Positions 38,926 to 48,298 are shown, counted from the stretch's first letter. The stretch is 64,000 nucleotides of DNA from Candidatus Uhrbacteria bacterium RIFCSPHIGHO2_02_FULL_46_47 (GCA_001790815.1 MGDU01000018.1:788-64787), one strand, 5' to 3'. The notes: a model not told the origin generated them from the letters alone. A program made the numbers and translations.

Positions 38926-40431
38926 TTAAGCATCACCGGCAAGTTTTTTCTTAATCTCGCCGACAATCTTATTGTAATCCACAACCTCTTGTATCCCCGC
39001 TTCCATATCCCGAATAATCGCGGTTTTATCAAGGATTTCTTTTTGCCCAATAATGATGGCGTAACGCACTTGCAGACGATTTGCGATTTCAAGTTGCGCC
39101 TTCAGTCCATCTTTAGAAAGCGAGGCAACAGCAGGTACTTCTTTACGCAACTCATGCCAAAGCAATAAGGCTTTGCGGCGCGCGGCATCTCCAAGCTGGG
39201 CAATAAATATGCGCGGCAGACGCCCGGAAACAGGTGAAAACCCGCGGGAGCGCATATATGAAATAATTCGCTCCAGTCCTAGAGAAAATCCTACCGCAGG
39301 CGTTGACCGTCCGCCCAATTGCTCAATCAGACCGTCATACCTTCCCCCTCCTCCCAGCGCGCTTTGCGCTCCGGAAGACAGAAGATTGAGGACGGGAGAC
39401 GGATTTTCCTCATCCTCATTCAGCTCTGCTTCTTTTTTCTCTCCCCCATGCTCTCCTTCAGTTCTGTCTTCTGTTTTCTGTTTTCCGTCATCTGAGGCAA
39501 CTGGAAATATCTCAAACACCGTGCGATTATAATAATCAAGTCCGCGCACAATATAAGGATTCAAATTGTACGAGACTCCAGCTTCATCAAGATATTCAAG
39601 CACATGCATAAAGTGATCGCGGCAGGCCTCGCAGAGAAAATCAGTAATTTGCGGCGCGCCCTCGCGCAAAAGTTCACACTGCGCTTCTTTGCAATCCAAA
39701 AGTCGAAGCGGATTGATTTGCAGTCGCATCTTGCAGGCATCACATAACAATTCTTGTTTAGGAGTGTAAAATTTTACAAGCTCATTTTTATAAGAGGCGC
39801 GGCACTGGCTGCAGCCGATACTGTTTATTTCCAGTTTCACCGGCAATTCAAGATCGCGAAAAAACGCCAGCGCGATTGAAATCGTTTCCGCGTCTAAAAC
39901 TGGGTGACTGTCGCCAAGCGCCTCAAGCCCCCACTGATGAAATTGTCTGAATCGTCCGGCTTGCGGCCGCTCGCGACGGAAAAACGGTCCAAGATACCAG
40001 AGTTTAACCGGCTGAGGAAGATTGAGCATCCCATGATTTACATAGGCCCGCGCTACTGCGGCAGTGGCTTCTGGCCGCAAGCACAATTCATCTCCTCCTT
40101 GATCCTTAAAACAATACATTTCTTTTTGCACAATATCCGTCACTGTGCCAACAGCGCGCGCAAAAAGCGCTTTATGCTCCAAAATAGGAGTTTCAATAAA
40201 TCCATACCCAAACCCATTTGAAAGCTCCTCGGCTTCTTTTTTTACTGCATGCCACAAATGCTCGTCGGCCGGCAATATATCACGCATGCCGCGGGGCGCT
40301 TGCGGAACCTCCGGAGGCTTGGGTGGAATTGCCGGAGCAAGCGGCAGAACTGCCTGTTTGACCGTCTTCGCGCGCGCGCCCATTTTCTTTGTCTTGATAA
40401 TTTTCTTTTTTGTTATTTTCTTTTTCGGCAT
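38926..40431 (-). CDS. hisS: Histidine--tRNA ligase
   Basis: PRGMRD, TP..E, TDIV.KEMY, LRPE.TA, FR.ERPQAGR.RQFHQ, VRGLDYY, GGGRYDGL. Confidence 0.98.
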   Translation of the reverse strand: MPKKKITKKKIIKTKKMGARAKTVKQAVLPLAPAIPPKPPEVPQAPRGMRDILPADEHLWHAVKKEAEELSNGFGYGFIETPILEHKALFARAVGTVTDIVQKEMYCFKDQGGDELCLRPEATAAVARAYVNHGMLNLPQPVKLWYLGPFFRRERPQAGRFRQFHQWGLEALGDSHPVLDAETISIALAFFRDLELPVKLEINSIGCSQCRASYKNELVKFYTPKQELLCDACKMRLQINPLRLLDCKEAQCELLREGAPQITDFLCEACRDHFMHVLEYLDEAGVSYNLNPYIVRGLDYYNRTVFEIFPVASDDGKQKTEDRTEGEHGGEKKEAELNEDEENPSPVLNLLSSGAQSALGGGGRYDGLIEQLGGRSTPAVGFSLGLERIISYMRSRGFSPVSGRLPRIFIAQLGDAARRKALLLWHELRKEVPAVASLSKDGLKAQLEIANRLQVRYAIIIGQKEILDKTAIIRDMEAGIQEVVDYNKIVGEIKKKLAGDA

Positions 40432-40465
40432 ACTCGATTCTCATTCATAATTCATAATTCTTAAT

Positions 40466-41080
40466 TCATAATTCGCCCGTATTAATCTCATAGTTCGGTG
40501 TTAAAAATCTTGTAACGCGATCAAGCGGCCAGCCGCGAATCCAGGCACGGCCAACGATGTAGTCGCGCAATACTGGTCCGAATACTCGAGAATCAAGCGA
40601 AGAGGTGCGATTGTCTCCTATCACAAAATATTCTTCTGCTCCAAGACTGACTTCTTTGTCTCCAATCGTCACAGCTGACCGGCTCAAATATGGCTCTTCA
40701 AGGGTGGCCCATGTTTTGGAATCCTTGGACTTTATCAGCACACGGCTGCTTTGAATGCGCAATGTCTCACCGGGCAAACCAATCACGCGCTTAATAAAAA
40801 ATTGCGATGGATCGTTTGGATATCTAAATACTACAATCTCGCCGCGCTTAGGATCGCGAAATCTGAAACTTGCCTCATCAATAATCAAATATTCATGATC
40901 ATAGAAATTTGGTTCCATGGATGCGCCTTTCACATAAAAAGGCTGCACCAAAAAATAGCGAATCGGGAGAATGATTGCCAGTGAAATAACAATCACGCGT
41001 ATGAGTTCTCCGACGTAGGCTAGCCCATCCCGCAGCAATTTGCGCAATCCTTGAATATCTTGAATATTTTGTGATGGCAT
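40466..41080 (-). CDS. lepB: Signal peptidase I
   Basis: QPF.V.G.SMEP, FIKRVIGLPG, YFV.GDNR..S.DSR.FG. Confidence 0.97.
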   Translation of the reverse strand: MPSQNIQDIQGLRKLLRDGLAYVGELIRVIVISLAIILPIRYFLVQPFYVKGASMEPNFYDHEYLIIDEASFRFRDPKRGEIVVFRYPNDPSQFFIKRVIGLPGETLRIQSSRVLIKSKDSKTWATLEEPYLSRSAVTIGDKEVSLGAEEYFVIGDNRTSSLDSRVFGPVLRDYIVGRAWIRGWPLDRVTRFLTPNYEINTGEL

Positions 41081-41260
41081 AAATAAAAATTCTATCCACA
41101 TTCTAACATATAATCAAGATCCTTGCAACTCAAATCAAAAGATGATAGTATAAGAAACGTTTCGGACGATTAGCCCGCCTAAATTTTGGGCGATTAGCCC
41201 CGACGCGCTTCGCGGTCGGGGAGCCGACCGAAGCGTCGGCTCTCAGTGTATCTAAAATGC

Positions 41261-41337
41261 GGACGATTAGCTCAGCTGGTTAGAGCGTACGGTTCACATC
41301 CGTAAGGTCGGAGGTTCGAGTCCTCCATCGTCCACCA
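41261..41337 (+). tRNA. tRNA-Val(CAC)
   Basis: Canonical cloverleaf; anticodon arm TACGG-TTCACAT-CCGTA; GGTTCGAGTCC; encoded CCA. Confidence 0.95.
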
Positions 41338-41348
41338 GCTTTCATAAT

Positions 41349-42797
41349 ATGGATCAACTCTCATCCAATTTTTTAAAAGAATCCTCACCAGAACCGAAAG
41401 AAAATCGGCGTGTAATTTTTCTTCTCCTTGGAGCACTGATTTTTCTTATCGTCAGTGCCTCAATTGGAGGAATGCTTTTTGCGTCCTCAGCGGGTTTTAC
41501 TCCTGCAAAGATTTTTGCGAAATTGCGTTCACTTACTCTTTCAAAAGAGAAAATGCTCAAAGGTGAAAAAGACGATCGGGTAAATATCCTCCTTCTGGGC
41601 ATGGGAGGAGTTGGTCATGATGGAGCACTCCTGACTGATACAATGATCTTTACAAGCCTGCGGCCATCTGATGGCACCGTCGCCATGCTTTCTATTCCAC
41701 GGGATCTGCAGGTTGAAATTCCCAGTTATGGATATCGCAGGATAAACAGCGTTAACTCCTATGCGGAACTTGAAAATAGTGGAAGCGGCGGGATGGCAAC
41801 GGCAAATCTTGTATCTAATATCTTAACTCAACCAATTCATTATTATTTGCGCGTTGATTTTGAAGCATTCAAAGAAATTGTTGATACCATTGATGGAATC
41901 GAGGTGAATGTAGGGCGCGCGTTCTATGATCCATTCTATCCTGACGAAAACTTCGGTTATGAACCCGTCTCCTTTGAAGCCGGGCCTCAAACTATGAACG
42001 GTAAACGCGCGCTCCAATTTGTACGCAGCCGCCATGGCACAAACGGAGAGGGCAACGATTTTGCACGCGCGCGACGTCAACAGCAAGTCCTTTTTGCGCT
42101 AAAAGAACGACTGCTCTCTTTTGACGTATTGCTTCGTCCAAAACGAATTCAGAGCATTCTTGAGTCTTTGCAAGATCATATCCAAACCGATATCGCGTTT
42201 TGGGAAGGAATGCGGCTTGCAAAACTTCTGCGCCATATTGATGGAAGCAAAATTGTAAGCCGCGTTCTTGACGCATCTGATGAAGGAGTACTTCAAGAGC
42301 GAAACTACAACGGCGCGTTTGTATTGGAGCCAAAAGGCGGAAATTGGGATGAAATTCGCGCGATTGCCGCGAATGTATTTTCACCCGCAACCCCCTCACC
42401 CCAACCCTCTCCCCAAGGGGGCGAGGGGGTGACGCTAAAATCCCCTCTCCCTAAGGGAGAGGGTGCTCCGACCGCGGTCGGAGCAGGTGAGGGAACACAA
42501 AAAGCATCCGCGCCTATTGTGGAAATCCAAAACGGCACTTTTACGCTTGGGCTTGCCTCAAAAATCGCGACTATTCTTGAGGCGCAAGGATTTAATCCGG
42601 CTAGCATCGGCAATGCGACACTGCGCGATGTGGATGAGACCATTGTCTATGACCTAACTGGCGGACAAAAGAAAGAAGAATTTGCAAAACTGCGGGAAAT
42701 TCTCAAAGCGCGCGATGGCGAAGGCGAGCCACTTCATCTTTTAAGTCAGGGTAAACTGGATTTCCTCGTCATCTTAGGGGCAAATTCAGTTAAGTGA
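41349..42797 (+). CDS. LCP (LytR-CpsA-Psr) family protein with LytR_C domain
   Basis: NILLLG, LTDT, LSIPRDL, AL.FVRSRH...DF.R..RQQ, VEI.NGT...GLA. Confidence 0.93.
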   Translation: MDQLSSNFLKESSPEPKENRRVIFLLLGALIFLIVSASIGGMLFASSAGFTPAKIFAKLRSLTLSKEKMLKGEKDDRVNILLLGMGGVGHDGALLTDTMIFTSLRPSDGTVAMLSIPRDLQVEIPSYGYRRINSVNSYAELENSGSGGMATANLVSNILTQPIHYYLRVDFEAFKEIVDTIDGIEVNVGRAFYDPFYPDENFGYEPVSFEAGPQTMNGKRALQFVRSRHGTNGEGNDFARARRQQQVLFALKERLLSFDVLLRPKRIQSILESLQDHIQTDIAFWEGMRLAKLLRHIDGSKIVSRVLDASDEGVLQERNYNGAFVLEPKGGNWDEIRAIAANVFSPATPSPQPSPQGGEGVTLKSPLPKGEGAPTAVGAGEGTQKASAPIVEIQNGTFTLGLASKIATILEAQGFNPASIGNATLRDVDETIVYDLTGGQKKEEFAKLREILKARDGEGEPLHLLSQGKLDFLVILGANSVK

Positions 42798-42893
42798 GTG
42801 ATGGGTTATTGAGTTATGAGGCAAGAATTAAGAGTTGATGGATTAAGGGTTAATTGCAATACTCATAACACATAACTTAATAACATAATAACT

Positions 42894-44345
42894 ATGTCCA
42901 CCCTCCCAACAATAGTCATCATCGGCCGACGCAATGTTGGCAAATCCGCCCTGTTTAATCGCTTGATTGAGGAACAAAAAGCGATTGTTTCTGAAATTCC
43001 CGGAACCACCCGCGATCGCACTGAAGGAATTTGCCGCTGGCGCGGAGTTGATCTGCGCATTGTAGATACTGGCGGGCTGGATGTTGGCGAGGAAAATACT
43101 ATTGATCGCGAAGTGCGCAAGCAAGCAAAGTTCGCTATTAAGCAAGCAGATCTTATTTTATTTATGGTGGACGCGCGAGTGGGTGTTTTGCCTGCCGAGC
43201 AAAAGTTAGCCAGGGAATTGAAGCTGAGCTTTGAGCGTGAAAAAGCTCAGCTTCGGATTCCATCTGTTCTCCTTGTTGCCAACAAAGCTGAAACGCCAAA
43301 GTTGCGCGAGGCCGCGCAAGATCCTACATGGAAACGACTGCGTCTGGGCACGCCATTTCCCATTTCCGCCATTACCGGCCAAGGCGTTGGTGATTTGCTA
43401 GATGAAATCTTCAAAACACTGAAGCTGAGCTTTGAGCGTGAAAAAGCTCAGCTTCGAACAACAAAACCTGACCTTCGCGTCGCGATCATTGGCAAACCAA
43501 ATGTTGGCAAATCTTCTTTGCTTAATAAAATTCTAGGTGAAGAGCGCGTTATTGTTTCTCCTATCCCCCACACTACTCGCGAACCGCAAGACACACTATT
43601 CACTTATTCTTTAAGTGGAATTGAGAAGAATATTCTCCTTGTTGACACTGCCGGCATTCGCAAAAAAGCCAGAAGAAAACCCGGACTTGAGCAAATGGGC
43701 GTTTACAAAACCTTAGCCGCAATCGGCCGCTCTGATGTGGTAATTTTTGTGCTGGACGCCAATGAACTTTTGGATAGCCAAGATAAACAACTGGCCGATA
43801 TGATTGAGGAAAAAGGGGTGGGGGTTGTGATTGCAGTTAATAAATGGGACTTGCTAGGCCAAGAACCTGTAGCCGCAGGTCTTCAGCCTGCGCGCAACCT
43901 AAAGGTTGCGACTACCATATCCAAGCGCACCACCCACGAAGGCGACCTCTTAATGAAAACCATTCACTTTGGCCTTCCCGGACTTACCTTCGCGCCGGTG
44001 GTCTTTATCTCGGCAAACACCGGGCACGGCGTGCAAAAACTTTTGCCTCTGGCTCTTGAAGCCCATGAAAATCGCAAACGCGTCATCCCCGATGAAGAAC
44101 TGGAACGCATTTTGCCAAAACTTATTTTGCGCCATCGTCCGGCGCGCTCCAAAGCCGGCAGCCGCCATCCCATTATCCGCGCGATTGTTCAAACCGGAAC
44201 CGAACCGCCAACCTTTGTCATTATCATTGGCCCAAAACAATCTTTGCACGAAACTTATTTGCGTTATCTTGAAAACCGCCTGCGCGAATTTTTTGACTTC
44301 GAAGGCACGCCGATAAAGATTTGGGTAAAACAGGAGCGAGGGTAG
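42894..44345 (+). CDS. der: Ribosome biogenesis GTPase Der (EngA), with three in-frame palindrome insertions
   Basis: Two G domains (G.RNVGKS, GKPNVGKSS, DTGG/DTAG, NK.), C-terminal YLRYLEN.LR..F.F.GTPI. Confidence 0.97.
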   Translation: MSTLPTIVIIGRRNVGKSALFNRLIEEQKAIVSEIPGTTRDRTEGICRWRGVDLRIVDTGGLDVGEENTIDREVRKQAKFAIKQADLILFMVDARVGVLPAEQKLARELKLSFEREKAQLRIPSVLLVANKAETPKLREAAQDPTWKRLRLGTPFPISAITGQGVGDLLDEIFKTLKLSFEREKAQLRTTKPDLRVAIIGKPNVGKSSLLNKILGEERVIVSPIPHTTREPQDTLFTYSLSGIEKNILLVDTAGIRKKARRKPGLEQMGVYKTLAAIGRSDVVIFVLDANELLDSQDKQLADMIEEKGVGVVIAVNKWDLLGQEPVAAGLQPARNLKVATTISKRTTHEGDLLMKTIHFGLPGLTFAPVVFISANTGHGVQKLLPLALEAHENRKRVIPDEELERILPKLILRHRPARSKAGSRHPIIRAIVQTGTEPPTFVIIIGPKQSLHETYLRYLENRLREFFDFEGTPIKIWVKQERG

Positions 44346-44726
44346 TATGTAGTAAGTAGTGGGGTAGTATGTAGCCGCCGGTCTTTAGCCGGCGTCTCCC
44401 TCTCTTAAGTCCGACGCTTCAGTCGGACTCCGACCCCACAGGGCGTCGGAGATAAGAGAGGGTGGGGTGAGTTATGACAAACTCGTAGCGCGACACTTTA
44501 CCTGCCTGCCGGCCCGCTTCGCCGGAGCGTCAGCGAGGCGAGCAGGCAGGTGTGCCGTTTTTTTCATTTTTCCTTTGTTGTCAGTTTAGCGCGATCGTGA
44601 TAAACTGACAACACATTGAATTACACTTTTCTTGATTAAAAAACACGGCGCCCCCTTTCGACAGGCGCCGTTTGTTCTCTCCTTTTTGTTGTCATTCCCG
44701 CGAAAGCGGAAATCCACGCATTTGGC

Positions 44727-45473
44727 CTACTTGGCTTTGTAGTCCGGCAACTCCAGCGGCGCGACAAGCATGCGCCATCCCGGCATACTACTCAGCTCGG
44801 GCCAGGCCGCAAACACACGCCGCGACCCGTCATCCTTGATCAGGGACAAGACGAAGCGCCCGCCTCCTCCGTGTCCTTCTTTGTGTGGATGGTTAAAAGA
44901 AGTGCCATCCGCAGAGATGGAGAACAGCAATGGCATCTCCCGTGTCGCCTTTTCAAACCCATTAAAGTCCTCCGCGCTTGCGCAACGCCGACCGGCTTTG
45001 TACAACGCCGCCTCCTGGTCCCTACCCTGACGCGTTGTCGATCCGAAATTCACTACCTCGAGCGGAACGACATGCGTACCTACGGGAATTCGCAAATAAT
45101 GATCCTTACGTTCGATACCAACCTCGGTGTTAACTAGTACCTGAGGCAGTTCGTACTTCTGATCGTAGTTCACGAGTACCGGGATGATCATCTCCACCGT
45201 GAAGGGCAACTGCGGCACAGGCCGATGGTTGATCAAGTCGATGATCGCCTGCACCATTGTGTCATCGGCACAATTGTTCTGCAGCGCGCTTGAGATGTTT
45301 GCCAGCGCTTCGCTGTATCTATCAAAACCGTGCAGGGCTAGTCCCCTTTCCCATCCACCTGCCCTCATTCTCTGCATGAGCCACTCCACCTGCCCTAGTA
45401 CTGCTTTGAAGTTGTCCTCCTGCTTCCTTACCCTTTCGCCCTTCGGGCCACTGTCGTCATCAGCATTTGACAT
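44727..45473 (-). CDS. Hypothetical protein (248 aa)
   Basis: SD GGGAGGAGG before ATG at 45473; hairpin terminator near 44645-44672. Confidence 0.65.
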   Translation of the reverse strand: MSNADDDSGPKGERVRKQEDNFKAVLGQVEWLMQRMRAGGWERGLALHGFDRYSEALANISSALQNNCADDTMVQAIIDLINHRPVPQLPFTVEMIIPVLVNYDQKYELPQVLVNTEVGIERKDHYLRIPVGTHVVPLEVVNFGSTTRQGRDQEAALYKAGRRCASAEDFNGFEKATREMPLLFSISADGTSFNHPHKEGHGGGGRFVLSLIKDDGSRRVFAAWPELSSMPGWRMLVAPLELPDYKAK

Positions 45474-45704
45474 GATCTTCCTCCTCCCATGCGGGCAGTG
45501 GCGGTACCACGGCGGCTTGAAACTATGCCGCCCCAATACCGGTAAACCCGCACACGAGTTTTCAATGTGCCGCGCAGATGATGGCGGATTGCCTTCACCC
45601 GAGCACATCTTTACCCTACTGCCTGTTTTACACAATGTCAATGGTACGCCAGTCGGTCTTTAGCCGGAGATTATTTTATGATACAATCCTTTACCCGGAG
45701 GGTC

Positions 45705-45777
45705 GGGTCGTTGTGTCCGGTGACCAAGGATAGCTATCACCTATCCTAGAGGGGTCCGACTCCCCTACGATCCACCT
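45705..45777 (+). ncRNA. Non-canonical tRNA-like RNA (copy 2): Ala-type acceptor, AUC (Asp-reading) anticodon, 3' end ACCT
   Basis: GGGTCGT/ACGATCC-A; GTC-CGGT-GAC; 7-bp AGGATAG/CTATCCT with loop CTATCAC; AG; AGGGG-TCCGACT-CCCCT. Extended -10 TG-A-TACAAT at 45679-45687. Confidence 0.8.
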
Positions 45778-45834
45778 CCGGTTATGTGGATAAACCAATC
45801 TTGACAATTCTTATTTAATTTGTTACCTTATAAT

Positions 45835-45901
45835 CAGGTGATAGCTATCCAAAGTCACTGGGATCTCGGATCCCAAACAGGAGCCCTTCCGGGCTTCTTT
45901 G
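45835..45901 (+). ncRNA. Small RNA (copy 2) with 5' segment antisense to the adjacent anticodon arm
   Basis: TTGACA(45801-6)-17-TACCTT. AGGTGATAGCTATCC (45836-50) is the exact reverse complement of 45728-42. Then AAGTCA, GGGATC-TCG-GATCCC and terminator AGCCC-TTCC-GGGCT-TCTTT. Confidence 0.78.
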
Positions 45902-45968
45902 TTTATATTTTGAAAATTAAAAGAGCCCCGCCAGCTGTGAAAGCCGGCGGGGCAGGTACATCTCTTGA

Positions 45969-46772
45969 TCAGGTCCAGCGGAGCGCCTGGACCTCGCGGC
46001 GCCACGTGCGCCGCTTGTCGCGGTCGATCGTCTTGCCGCGGCGTAGCCACGAGTAGGTGCCGTAGGTTCTGTGGAGGCGCTTGTCCTCGCGCAGCTTCAC
46101 GCCGCCGCGCTCGGAGACCGTGTCGGCCCAGTCCGCGTACTCCTCCAGCAGGTCTTCGAAGCGCCGCTCCTCACGCGCGTACATGCACACGCGGCTCTGG
46201 AGCACGAGGAAGTCCGCCTGCGGCAGCATCCCGAGCTCCACGAGCTCGTTCGCCTCCGCCACGAGCCCCTCGTCCGCCTCGCGCTTGCTGCTCTTGAGGA
46301 AGACGCGCACGTCCTCCAGCGCGCCGACCATCCTCTGCTTGTAGAACTTCCGCTCCTGCACCCTGCGCTCGTGCTCCTCCTGCGCCTGCCGCTGCAGTTC
46401 GGCCTTGGCCTCCTTGCGGAGAACCTCAGCCTGCTCGATCCAGTGCGTGAGCTCTTCCACGCTCTGGGGCAGACGCGCATCGCCTGCCTTGATGAGGAGC
46501 TTGCCGACCTGGCGCAGGCCACAGTCGTACCCCGCACCGTAGTAGCGGTCCTGCCCGGCGAGACGGCGCAGCTCCTGCTGGAGCTTGCTGGCCATGGCTT
46601 GCAGCCGCTGCCTCTCCGCCTCGCCCGAGCGCTCACGCTCGAGCTGCTCCTCCTTGTGCCGGCGCGCTTCTTCAGCGTGCCGGTCGCGCATGGTGTAGGT
46701 GGCCGGACGGAAGTTGCGGCCCTGGTACCACGCGCGCGGAACCACGACCTCGATCTTATTCGTAGTCATCAT
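45969..46772 (-). CDS. Hypothetical coiled-coil-rich protein in a GC-rich islet
   Basis: SD AAGGAGG; strong GC3 codon bias; terminator GCCCCGCC...GGCGGGGC at about 45924-45954. Confidence 0.7.
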   Translation of the reverse strand: MMTTNKIEVVVPRAWYQGRNFRPATYTMRDRHAEEARRHKEEQLERERSGEAERQRLQAMASKLQQELRRLAGQDRYYGAGYDCGLRQVGKLLIKAGDARLPQSVEELTHWIEQAEVLRKEAKAELQRQAQEEHERRVQERKFYKQRMVGALEDVRVFLKSSKREADEGLVAEANELVELGMLPQADFLVLQSRVCMYAREERRFEDLLEEYADWADTVSERGGVKLREDKRLHRTYGTYSWLRRGKTIDRDKRRTWRREVQALRWT

Positions 46773-47025
46773 CGGACCCTCCTTGGGGTTGCGGTTGTGC
46801 CGCACCCTTGGAAGGTTCCCGCTGATGCTACTTCACCTCATGCGAGTGCGACGGTTTCTTCGCAAATAAACCGTCACTTCTGACTCTTCATGTTGTCCCT
46901 CCTTTCTTAGGACTAATGTGGATAGTAACACAAAATCGACGCTTTGTCAATAGTTTGGTAAAATACTCAATATCACATTCGCAATTTGTAGATTGGCATT
47001 AAATTCGTAGATTGGCATCATATTT

Positions 47026-47616
47026 ATGAAACTCATCATCGGCCTGGGCAACCCGGGAAAAGAATATGAAAAAACCCGACATAATGTTGGGTTTCTTGCG
47101 GTTGAAAAAATCGCGCAGGATTTACAATTTTCTAAATGGAAAATGGAGAAAAAATTGGAAGCCGAGGTGTGCCGCGGTTTTATTGCATCTTGCTGTGAAG
47201 ATGTAATCCTTGCCAAACCCCAAACCTTCATGAACCTCTCCGGCCGCGCAGTCCAACTACTTACTACGTACTACAAACTACATACGAATGACGTGCTCAT
47301 CGTCCACGACGATTTGGATTTAGAGCTTGGCACGCTTAAACTATCCTACGGTTCAGGTAGCGCAGGACATAACGGTGTGCAATCAATTATTGATACGCTA
47401 GGCACTAAAGATTTCTGGCGCCTGCGCATGGGCATTGGCCGCCCACCACAAGTTCGGGAGGGTTATGATGACGCGGCAAAATTTGTCCTGCACAATTTCT
47501 CCCGCACCGAAAACCCCAAACTCAAAAAATCCCTTGACCTTGCCGCGCAAGCCGTTCAAAAAATGTTTACCCTCGGCCCGGCCAAAGCCCAGACGGAAAT
47601 TAATTCCCTCTCTTAA
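47026..47616 (+). CDS. pth: Peptidyl-tRNA hydrolase
   Basis: IGLGNPG..Y..TRHNVGF, KPQTFMNLSG, HDDLD, GHNG..SI. Confidence 0.98.
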   Translation: MKLIIGLGNPGKEYEKTRHNVGFLAVEKIAQDLQFSKWKMEKKLEAEVCRGFIASCCEDVILAKPQTFMNLSGRAVQLLTTYYKLHTNDVLIVHDDLDLELGTLKLSYGSGSAGHNGVQSIIDTLGTKDFWRLRMGIGRPPQVREGYDDAAKFVLHNFSRTENPKLKKSLDLAAQAVQKMFTLGPAKAQTEINSLS

Positions 47617-47925
47617 GATAAGAGAGGGCGGGGTGAGTTATGAACGGTTCATAACCCCTCCTCCCTCCCCTTATCTTAAGGGGAGGAAATTGTGCTATAA
47701 TGAATATTTCTTGACGAGCCTGGTCCCTGCATTTGCAGGATCTATCAAAAATCCGCCTCGCGGGGGCGGATTTTTGTTTGAAATTACATACTAACCAAAC
47801 GGCTCAATATTTTGCGATCGCAAATAGTTGAGTCGTGGGGATTTAGGTTTTATAAAATAAAAAAAGAGCGGCGCCAGGGGGTTTCCAGCGCCGGCCCCGC
47901 ACCATGATGCGGGGACTTTTGTACA

Positions 47926-48138
47926 TCAGTTGGAGGGTTTGTCGCCCTCCGTCTCCGTCCCCTGCTCCGAGGGGTCGCCGTCCGCCTCGGCCTCTGCCAC
48001 ATCGTGCTCCTCGAGCACTCTGTGTAGGAGCCACGCGGCCTGCCGATCGGCCTCCCGCGCCTCTTCGATCTGCCTCGGGTTGAGGCCGCGAGCCTGAGAG
48101 CGTCGGATCTTGTCCTTGGAAAAGGTTCTGCGTCCCAT
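47926..48138 (-). CDS. Small hypothetical protein (70 aa; basic N-terminus, acidic C-terminus)
   Basis: SD AAAGGAGGTG; own promoter TTGACA-17-TACAAA near 48249-48221; GC-rich. Confidence 0.65.
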   Translation of the reverse strand: MGRRTFSKDKIRRSQARGLNPRQIEEAREADRQAAWLLHRVLEEHDVAEAEADGDPSEQGTETEGDKPSN

Positions 48139-48298
48139 TTGGATCACCTCCTTTCGTGGTGGATTCTTCCTTGCCGACCACGCAGGAAAGTTGACCCAAA
48201 GCAGGGATGGAGACATTTTGTTTGTACCATGTTTTTGGCAATTTGTCAAGGGGTGGGGTATAATGGCCCAAAGTTGCGCAAGGCGATAATTTATTTTG

